Below the pieces are notes generated by a model. The model had not been told where the DNA came from. It ran no database searches and saw nothing but the letters and a program-made list of their open reading frames with translations. DNA of 63,376 bases, the filler included, from Octopus bimaculoides (Eukaryota): the NCBI RefSeq assembly GCF_001194135.2. It is 4 parts of 4 records of this genome, joined end to end, with 100 filler letters (N's around TTAATTAATTAA, not from the genome) between each part and the next. Parts side by side here need not be neighbours in the genome. Positions count along the whole stretch, not along the records: positions 49,505 to 61,273 come from NC_069006.1; 3 more parts are not named here. One strand, written 5' to 3'. Positions 51,579-60,453 of this stretch are shown here, in pieces. Every line of letters starts with the position of its first letter. Position 1 is the first letter of the stretch. Position numbers and translations under genes: made by a program.

Positions 51579-51969
51579 CTTCGGGTTACTTTTGTCACCA
51601 TTCCAGAAAGCAAGGCTTACCGAAATACAAAGAATGGCAGTCTTTTCATCACCTGTTTCCTCAATGGCTATGAAAATAATATAGAAAAGTGTGATATCTC
51701 ATTATCTAAAACAAATAAATTCACAAGTGGCTAAGATAGACGATCAGATTCTTAAGGATCAGGGTTCTAAGCATCAGTGTTCTAAGGATCAGATTTCAAA
51801 GGATCAGGGTTCTAAGCAGCAGTGTTCTAAGGATCAGATTTCAAAGGATCAGGGTTCTAAGCAGCAGTGTTCTAAGGATCAGGTTTCTAAATATCAGACT
51901 GCTGAGAATCAAGTTTCAAGTAATCATTCCACTTTAAAGAGAAAGGTGATACTTCAAGCCACAGACTAA
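51579..51969 (+). pseudogene. Inverted 3' fragment of the caspase-like gene (small subunit only), frameshifted
   Basis: LRVTFVTIPESKAYRNTKNGSLFI...EKCDIS aligns to LYVTFATVPESKAFRTEESGSVFI...EKCDIS of the 54799-56111 gene. A frameshift near 51700-51712 is followed by QINSQVAK, the (SKDQx)n array and STLKRKVILQATD*. The 3' flank matches that gene for ~90 nt. Confidence 0.85.
51742..51897 (+). repeat. 15-bp coding minisatellite (SKDQx pentapeptide) with a 45-bp higher-order unit
   Basis: Units tctaaggatcagatt / tcaaaggatcagggt / tctaagcagcagtgt repeated about 3 times. Confidence 0.9.
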
Positions 51970-52002
51970 CCAAATTCCATCCCTATTCTCTCTTCTTGTT
52001 TC

Positions 52003-52008
52003 ATTAAA
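52003..52008 (+). promoter_or_regulatory. ATTAAA polyadenylation-signal candidate conserved behind all three caspase copies (also minus strand 54760-54765 and 60422-60427)
   Basis: ttcATTAAAatataaag ~27-33 nt after each stop codon, followed by ggtatgtac. Confidence 0.6.
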
Positions 52009-52164
52009 ATATAAAGAAATTGAAGAACAACGGTATGTACATTAAACGCTTCCAAATTTGCCCCTTTCCTCTCCATGATGTGTTTATCTTAGATTCCACG
52101 AACTAAATTCTTGCCCCACATCACCTGACCAATAAGTATTTCACATTTAGACAAAAAACTTGTA

Positions 52165-52310
52165 ATTTTAAGATTGACGAAGTATTAGAAACCCTTCCAT
52201 TGTATTGATCCCAGTGGAGATAAAAATCAAGGTTTGACTCAAACGGATTTGAACTCACAGCTTTAACAGCTTGAAGGAATGACGCAAGCAATTTTATCCA
52301 ATGCTCTAAT
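52165..52310 (-). mobile_element. Family A SINE, degenerate
   Basis: attgatcccagtggagataaaaatcaaggtttgactcaaacggatttgaactcac. Confidence 0.55.
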
Positions 52311-52418
52311 GACTGGTTTTGACTTAATTACTAATAATTTTTCTTTTTAATTCCACCAAAATCTATTTTGTTATATGTGAGCTTTGCTCCTGCATGGCCT
52401 CGGTCGTGATGAGTTAAG

Positions 52419-52459
<41 letters not shown>

Positions 52460-53447
52460 GCGTGTGGATGTGTATTTATATCTATCAATATATTATAATG
52501 GAGAAAGCCGTTTATTAAACAGGTACATAAAAGTTACTAATACTACTAAAACAAAGTAATTATTAAAGGCTTGACCATCTGGAAATTTTTTTATAAATTC
52601 ATGTTGCAAGAAATTTCCTGTAATTTCCATTTCTAAAGTTTATTGAATATTTGAGCTGCAAGTTTTTCACAAATTTAGATATTTGTTGCATTCACTGCAG
52701 AGTAAATTTTAATTTGCTGCAGGCGAAATTTTCTGTTTTCATTTATAAGTCTCTCACTCTGTCTTGCCTCTATTTTTATTAATGATTATTTAATGTATTT
52801 TCATTTCAATGCTTTCATTTCAAGTTTTAACTCCCTATTTGCAAAACCCTCAGGTTATTCTATATACGTTATGTAAAATAAATCATTTATTGAATGAATC
52901 AATGCTATTAGACAAAAGGGTTACATAATTATGAGGCTTATGATACAAAGCACATACATACATATATAGGCATTCTTACGCTTCAACCCGAACACTTCGT
53001 TAATTTCTGTAAAAAACTTTTTATTTATTTACTTTTTGTGCGCCATGTTCAGTTCTATGTATTTGTAATTAGTCACACACAAACANNNNNNNNNNNNNNN
53101 NNNNNNNNNNNNNNNNNNNNNNNNNNNNNNNNNNNNATATATATATACAAAGATATAGATACACACACACACACACATATATAATTCATGTTCCATTAAT
53201 TGAGGGAAAGAAAGTGGAGAGTTGAAACTTAATAATTATTTATTATTACAAAATTAGTGCTCATTATTTCTTACAGCCGTTTCCATTAGTACCCAACAGG
53301 TAAATTACAAATTTATGCTTTAAATTTGCATTTATATGTTATGAGCATAATTTAATCAGTGAAAAATATATGCCTTCAGATGTTCCACACCAACCAATCA
53401 GTTCATGCCTGCAGACTAAACATGTTGATTTATTATTATTATTATAA

Positions 53448-53487
<40 letters not shown>

Positions 53488-53772
53488 CGTGTGTGAATGA
53501 AGGGTTCCTGGATTAATTAGAATATAATGAGGAATAAATTAAGGAGAAGAATAAAGTAGAATAAAACAGAAAAGTAAATCAAGTAAACATGAAACTATAA
53601 TAAATGAAGAAAATTTAAAATAAATAAGATAAATAAAATAAATAAGATAAAATAAATAAGATAAAGTAATTAATAAGAACAAAGATAACCATTTATAAGA
53701 TAGACATCAAAATGTAAATGCAGATACATTCATACCCATTCGCATACATAAAACAATTAACATAAACCCAAT

Positions 53773-53989
53773 ATTCTTTTCTACTCTAGGCACAAGGCCC
53801 GAAATTTGGGGGGACGGGTCCAGTCCATCAGATCAACCCCAGTGCGCAACTGCTACTTAATTTATCGACCCCGTAAGGATGAAAGGCCAAGTCGACGTCG
53901 GCGGAATTTGAACTCAGAACGTAAAGACAGAAGAAATACCACTAAGCATTTCGCTCAGAGTGCTTAACGTTTCTGCCAGCTCGCAGCCT
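53773..53989 (-). mobile_element. Family A SINE, full length
   Basis: ttctactctaggcacaaggcccgaaatttggggg...atcgaccccgtaaggatgaaaggccaagtcgacgtcggcggaatttgaactcagaacg...ctgccagctcgcagcc. Confidence 0.9.
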
Positions 53990-54289
53990 CAACATAGTTC
54001 TGATATTAATTACTCAGAGCCTATTGGATGAGGAACATTTCAATTAGTGTACATACGCCATAACGTCTCTAGAGAAAATGTATCTAGTCGTAACAGTTTT
54101 TCATTGTATGGGAGTGGGTGGAGTTATGCGGTCATATGACTAGCAGTAATAATAGCATGTTTATACATACACATATATATAGCTATACACACATGCATAC
54201 ATATATGTATATATACACACATACATATTCAGACACACACACACACATATATATATATACATATACATTTCAAAATGTAACCACATATG

Positions 54290-54425
54290 AATCGTCGGCG
54301 ATTTTCTTCCTCCGTCTTCCTTTTCTATTGGGCTTTCCTCTTTTTCCGAAGAAGAGCGTCTGCTCAAAACGTTAAACCATCTTCCTTTGCTTTGCTGAGC
54401 ATCTGCTAATACTTTACATGTACCA
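54290..54425 (+). mobile_element. Penelope-like terminal repeat relic with a degenerate hammerhead motif (54346-54377)
   Basis: ccgaaga-a-gagc-gtct-gctc-aaaacgtt has the same layout as the motif at 49935-49970, with two core substitutions. Lies next to a (TA)n tract. Confidence 0.5.
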
Positions 54426-54798
54426 CGTAGTTGACCCATGAAAATATACAAAACAGGATGAAAAGATATTAGATGGCACACAACTGTTCATCCCAAATGT
54501 GCAAGGAACGAGCAAACGGNNNNNNNNNNNNNNNNNNNNNNNNNNNNNNNNNNNNNNNNNNNNNNNNNNNNNNNNNNNNNNNNNNNNNNNNNNNNNNNNN
54601 NNNNNNNNNNNNNNNNNNNAAATTGTTGGTTTTGTACCGAAATCAGAAATAATTATTAGTCAGGTGAAGAGGAATCATAGAAGGACAGATTACGTTGTGG
54701 ATAGGGGCGAATTTGTAAAGGTTTAACGTACATACCATTGTTGTTCGATTTCTTTATATTTTAATGAAAGAAGAAGAGAGAATAGGGACGGAATGTGG

Positions 54799-56111
54799 TT
54801 AATCTGTGGCTCGAAGTATCACTTTTTTCTTCAAGGTGGAATAACAACTTGAAACCTGATCCTTAGAAATCTNNNNNNNNNNNNNNNNNNNNNNNNNNNN
54901 NNNNNNNNNNNNNNNNNNNNNNNNNNNNNNNNNNNNNNNNNNNNNNNNNNNNNNNNNNNNNNNNNNNNNNNNNNNNNNNNNNNNNNNNNNNNNNNNNNNN
55001 NNNNNNNNNNNNNNNNNNNNNNNNNNNNNNNNNNNNNNNNNNNNNNNNNNNNNNNNNNNNNNNNNNNNNNNNNNNNNNNNNNNNNNNNNNNNNNNNNNNN
55101 NNNNNNNNNNNNNNNNNNNNNNNNNNNNNNNNNNNNNTCAGGTGATAATGATGAGATGTCACATTTTTCTTTGTTCCTTTCATAAACAGTGAGTAAACTT
55201 TTGATGAAAACAGAACCACTTTCCTCAGTTCGGAAAGCCTTGCTTTCTGGAACAGTGGCAAAAGTAACATATAGATGTGGAACGTTGAAATATTGCTTCA
55301 CGTCTTCCTTTTCTGAATTAGTTTCACCACCTTTGCTACATTCCGCGTCCTCTTTGACTTGAGGTTTACTTTGACAAGTATTTTTATTAGTTGGACAAGC
55401 ATCGGTATCGTTCGCGACATTATTCTTATTAGATTTAATTTGATAAGTATTTATATAAATGAGTTTTGGTTTGTCGTTCAACTGAGTACTCTTTAGAATT
55501 GTATTAATAATGGAATAAGGTAATTTCTCACCATCAATTCCAACAATATTCCCTTGAGTCCCATGTGACATTAAGAACATGACGAAACAATCTTCACTTG
55601 CTGTACTTTTCTCCGATGCTCTCTCAATTATTATTTTCATTTCCTCGGCCTTTTTATCAGAATAAAGTTCAACATCGAAATTGAAAGCCTTGAAAAGTTT
55701 CATAATAGCTTCCACATCCTTTTCGCTTCCATGCCTTTCATTGTATGCCACCTCATCGTCAAATTTCACATTATTTATTAATATAACACGACCATGTGGT
55801 TTGAATTTCATCGGGTAGACTAGCGGATCGTCTAATAGCTTGAGTATTTCATTATGTTCTGACTTTTCCAAAGCCGACACAAATTTACTGGATCCATCTG
55901 GTAGTTTCTTATATAGGATATCATGTAACCGTCGATTCTGATTCCTAGAATCTCTTTCAGACATTATTGTCTCTCTATTGCTCTTAGTCAATAAACCATT
56001 GGCTAAAGCTTCATCCAGAAAGGATCCAATATCGTCCAAATGTTTTACAAAATCAACTCGGAGTTTTTGAAATTGATCCTTAGAAATATAATACAGTTGT
56101 TCAGCATTCAT
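54799..56111 (-). CDS. Intronless CARD + peptidase C14A caspase-like protein; catalytic His present, catalytic Cys replaced by Tyr (predicted pseudo-caspase)
   Basis: N-terminal six-helix CARD-like pattern (LRVDFVKHL...FLDEAL..GLLT...IM...NRRLHDIL....KFVSAL), YPM..PHGRVILINN, ERHGSEKD, CFVMFLMSHG (His183), KPKLIYINTY (Tyr223), FRTEESGSVFI. After the N gap (54873-55137) the true frame reads ISKDQVSSCYSTLKKKVILRATD* (stop 54799-54801), matching the paralogues. The ORF-track end at 54831 is a gap-length artefact. Confidence 0.92.
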
Positions 56112-56194
56112 GTTTATATAAAATTTTAAATATTAAAACAGTATAAATCTTTAAAAATATCACTTTTTACCTAGAGAAAAAAGCAAAACATTCC

Positions 56195-56340
56195 ACCCAT
56201 TCACTTCCTGGTTAACGAAGATAAACGTTTCGGGTACTGTAGTCTGATTAGATCGAACGTTTTATGAACTAAGCCTAAATTACCTTCAGCCAATCAAATT
56301 TTCTTCAGTTCTGGATAGTTTTGTTCCTGATGACGTAAAT
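56195..56340 (-). promoter_or_regulatory. Candidate proximal promoter of the caspase-like gene
   Basis: ETS core CAGGAAGTG (minus, ~56202-56210), CCAAT box (agccaatca ~56288-56296) and TGACGTAA bZIP site (~56331-56338), 90-230 nt upstream of the ATG. A polypyrimidine-AG acceptor-like site lies at 56171-56188 (minus). Confidence 0.35.
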
Positions 56341-56724
56341 CAGAGTTATTTTTCTTTCCATAGAAACCCAATAACAAAAAAATTACAAATATTTAAAGCT
56401 ATGTCGTTTCAGCGATTAAATGCTTCACCAGAATACTTGTAGAAAATGTGCATTTGACATAGTTCTAACTGCTTCTGTTAGACTGAGAACATTTGATCTT
56501 CGTGAGTCAGCGAAATATGCACCATTAAATAGAAGAGAAAGAAGGAAGTTATTTCTTACAGATTTTATTTTCCTGTTAATTCGATGTTACGGTCAGAATA
56601 CAAAATGCTGTAGTAGTCGGCTGCTTTACAGTGCTAAGGGGAAAATAATAAAGACAAAACGAGCGCACCTTTGGTAATAACTGTCTGTTACGGACGTTAG
56701 GAAGAAGTGGTTTGCTAAAAAATA

Positions 56725-56867
56725 GGCACTGTCATGCTATTAGCTGTCAGAAGTGAAAGTGCTCACTGCTAGTGAAGTATCTGTCTGTCTGCCTGCATGC
56801 CTGTTGCTGGCCTGTCGATTCTTTGGCTACTGACAGCTAATACCATGACTGGCCGGAGCGAGCTATA

Positions 56868-56918
<51 letters not shown>

Positions 56919-57305
56919 TACTCGAAAGTTCGCGCGTCCGCGCTAGCTAGTCGTGAGTGGTCGATACTATTATTTTTAAACTTCAAACTTCATTTGTTTT
57001 CTATTTTGATAAATTCTCTCTGTTGAAAATTATATTTTTATATTTTTAATAATTTGCAATTTCAGGAAATATGTTTTTATATTAAATTTGTGTTTTCTAC
57101 TCACGACTAGCTAGCGCGGACGCGCGAACTTTCGAGTGATAGATAGATAGATAGATAGGTAGAGAGAGAGACAGACAGACATATAGCTCGCTCGGGCCAG
57201 TCATGGTATTAGCTGTCAGTAGCCAAAGAATCGACAAGCAGACAGACAGATACTTCACTAGCAGTGAGCACTTTCACTTCTGACAGCTAATAGCATGACA
57301 GTGCC
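56725..57305. mobile_element. Young fold-back MITE, 581 bp, >200-bp TIRs, 8-bp TSD (Merlin- or MULE/Foldback-like)
   Basis: GGCACTGTCATGCTATTAGCTGTCAG... arms are nearly identical. AAAAAATA is duplicated at 56717-56724 and 57306-57313. AT-rich spacer of ~150 bp. Confidence 0.9.
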
Positions 57306-57721
57306 AAAAAATACTCTTGAGTGCGTCGTCTGAAAGCAAAAACGATTGTTCCCTAATATTCTGAGAGGATTCGAATTGTTGGATTGTTGAATGTGGATCG
57401 GAGTAGAATGGAAGATGAATTAGCTTATCTCTATTTTACCGAAAAATGCTGAGTTAATCAATAAACTCATCTAAGTTTGATGGGTGAACTTGGCAAACTT
57501 TTAAGTCCTAATGCAACTAAGAATGGAAATGATCTGGTGACTAGGGGTTCAATTTCCTGCAAAGGATCGAAAAGACGATTTGTATGATAGTTTTGCTTGG
57601 TGATGATGAAACTCTCGCTCCTTTATCCTTTATGATGAATTATTTAGCACATAAAGTTTTGTAATTTCAGCGAATCGAATGTTACCATTGTCCACACAGC
57701 TGAAGACCAAACAACCTGTAA

Positions 57722-57885
57722 TATTCTTTTCTACTCAAGGCACAAGATAAGAAATCTTGGGGGAGACGGCCAGTCGATTAGACTGACCCCAGTACGCAAC
57801 TGGTAGTTAATTTATCGACCCCGAAAGGATGAAAGGCAAAGTCAACCTCGGCGGAATTTGAACTCACAATGTAAAGATTGAAGAA
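57722..57885 (-). mobile_element. Family A SINE
   Basis: ttctactcaaggcacaag...atcgaccccgaaaggatgaaaggcaaagtcaacctcggcggaatttgaactc. Confidence 0.85.
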
Positions 57886-57965
57886 ACTACCTGTAATATT
57901 GGAATCTGTATTGTTTCAGTCTTTTAATCAGGGAAGGAAGCTCAGTGTGTGTGTGTGTATACATA

Positions 57966-58620
57966 CAACACAGGAAAAGAATTAAAAAAAAAAATTTCTG
58001 TGGCATGAGAATATTTTACTGATTCTGTCTTTTATGGGCTAATTTCTAATCTGTAATCGGGTTTGCTCCTCATGCTCTAGATTTCTTACGATTTGAAGAT
58101 TAACTTTTTATACTTTTATAGCTAAATTCGACATATTGACATACATCAAAAGAGAATTGGTCATTTCTTTTTTTTCAGATCTGATCATGATTTCTTCAAG
58201 TAGACACAGATGTGTGAATAATCCTGATGGCTTCTGTTATGTCTCTGGTTCCTTCACATAAAATTGCATTGTTTGTGAGTCAGGCTTATAAAGACTATTT
58301 TGGAATTCTCTGAGGTGATCAACACAAAACATGGGCCCCTCAATATTGTGTGTCATAATTGCGAAGAAACGCTTTGTGACTGTACAAAAGGAAAGCGAAA
58401 AGGTTTGCTCTTTAGAGTTCCTATGGTTAACGCAAAAAGCTTTGGCGAGAAAAATAGGCTTAAAGTATCTTATTCCAATATTCCTTCAGCAATGGGACCT
58501 ATTGTGCTCTGAGACACTCTCGATTTTGCCGCACCTAAAATTGTCTTTTGTATACACAAAGAGGAGTGTGAGAATGTTTTGGAAAAGTGTTGTGAAAAAG
58601 TCATAATGTTTTTAATACAT
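57966..58620 (+). mobile_element. Chapaev3-like (CMC) DNA transposon 5' relic; a second copy of its 5' end lies at ~59183-59310
   Basis: Frameshifted remnant RCVNNPDGFCYVSG...AYKDYFGI..DQHKTWAP..IVCHNCEETL..CTKGKRKGLLFRVPMV is the Cys-rich N-terminal domain I associate with Chapaev3 transposases (from recall). Confidence 0.6.
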
Positions 58621-58869
58621 TTAGAGAAGGCCTTTTGCTTAGCAGACATTCCTTTTTAAAAGGTAGGGAACATTTATAAAAAACATATTTTTACTCCCAA
58701 TCAAAATTACTGTAAATATTATTCAATGTGCCCCATGCCTAAGGCTTTGATTAATATGGTGGGGCTACATAAGAAGACATGTTCCCTAAGTACCTTGCAG
58801 TGGGAATGAACTTGTAAGTGCATGGTTGGGAAGAGAATTTGGGAGTACATTGTTGAGAAGAGAACTGGT

Positions 58870-59020
58870 TAATCACACATCTTGTGGTTGAGAAGCTCGC
58901 TTCCATAATCTGTGGTCTTGGGTTCAGTTCCATTGTGTGGCACCTTGGGCAAGTGTTTTCTATTATAACCAGAAGCTCATCCAAGCCTTGTAGGTAGAAT
59001 TGGTTGATGGAAACTGTGGG
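58870..59020 (+). mobile_element. OR2-like SINE 5' half
   Basis: gggttcagttccattgtgtggcaccttgggcaagtgttttctattataacc...aaagccttgtagg. Confidence 0.75.
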
Positions 59021-59095
59021 AAGCCTATCATTGGGTTGGGAGGGAAGACATTACATACATATATATACATATATATATATATATATTTATCTATG

Positions 59096-59156
<61 letters not shown>

Positions 59157-59499
59157 AGATATGTGTGTGTGTGTGTACATGCAACACAGGACAACAATCT
59201 TTAAAAAATTTCTGTAGTATGAGAATATATTTTACTGATTCTGTCTTTCATGGGCTAATTTCGAATCTGTAATTGGTTTTGCTTTCCATGCTCTCAATTT
59301 CTTGCAATTTGAAGATACATACATACATCAAGATATATACAGAGATATAAATATATATATACGTATATACACACATACACTATATATATATATATGTGTG
59401 TGTGTGTATGTATATATAAATATATACACTAATCTATACATGTCATGCCAAATCAGACTGCAACATGGTGCAGCTTCCAATCTTACTAGTTTTCAGTCA

Positions 59500-59750
59500 A
59501 ACCGAGCAGAATCGCAGCTGCGGCAGATACTGGTGGCATGTATATTGGCACCCATTCCAGTGGCATGTAAAAGTACACATTACACTTTCAGAGTGGTTGG
59601 CATTAGGAACGGTGCATCCACTCATAGAAAACCATGCCAATACAAACTGGAGTGTGGTGCAGCCTTCCAGCGTGCCGGCCCAGTCAAACTGTCCAACCCG
59701 TTCCAGCATGGACAATAGAGACGTTAAGTCATGATCATGATGATGATGTT
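59500..59750 (+). mobile_element. RTE LINE 3' UTR fragment
   Basis: gtggcatgtaaaagtacac...gagtggttggcattagg...gacgttaa...atgatgatgatg. Confidence 0.8.
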
Positions 59751-60453
59751 GATGATATATATATATATATATCCAAACACACAGACACAGATAATGACTC
59801 ATATATACAAATGAAACTGCTTGTGTTCGACATACAAAATATATATACATGTAAACAGAGAGAAAGCAGAGTGTGAAAAGGGTTTAGATGATGAATGTTC
59901 AAGGTTCAATATGTAGGGTTTTATATATTAGGAGAAGAAAGTAGAAAGATACAGAAAATTGAAGGGGAGAAAGTATGATGTTACCTGTCTGAAAGCTATT
60001 TCTGGGGGCACAGAGTTACTCCGTGTTGATGGCATATCTAGTTCACCAAAATACGGAACCAGTAATGGTGAAAAATAAACATAGGACAAACGCTGCCTCC
60101 TAAACTATGCAAAGAGAGAGAGAGGGGGGGGATCATGGAGTGTACGCGGATTGATTTATATTGAGCGAGCAGGTATAAAGAGAACAAAAATAGAAGACTG
60201 ACAAGCAAAGAATTTGGTACCAGTGGAGGAGGATATTTATTTCATGATAAGGGGTAGAAATAAAGGTAGGTATATTGATTTCTATGGCCCGAGGTCTCAC
60301 ATGAGGAGTGACCAAGTGAAGCGAATGAATCGTAAACATTGAGGAATAGTGTGTTGCTGATGGCGATGAATATGGAGATGTTTTAGGTACATACCAGTGT
60401 TCTACTGTGAACCCTTTATATTTTAATGAAATTAGGTAAAGAGAAAAATACAG

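Noticed and set aside
54831-54872. ORF-track C-terminus RFLRIRFQVVIPP*
   Set aside because: Wrong frame caused by the estimated gap length. The paralogue-matching frame ends at 54799.
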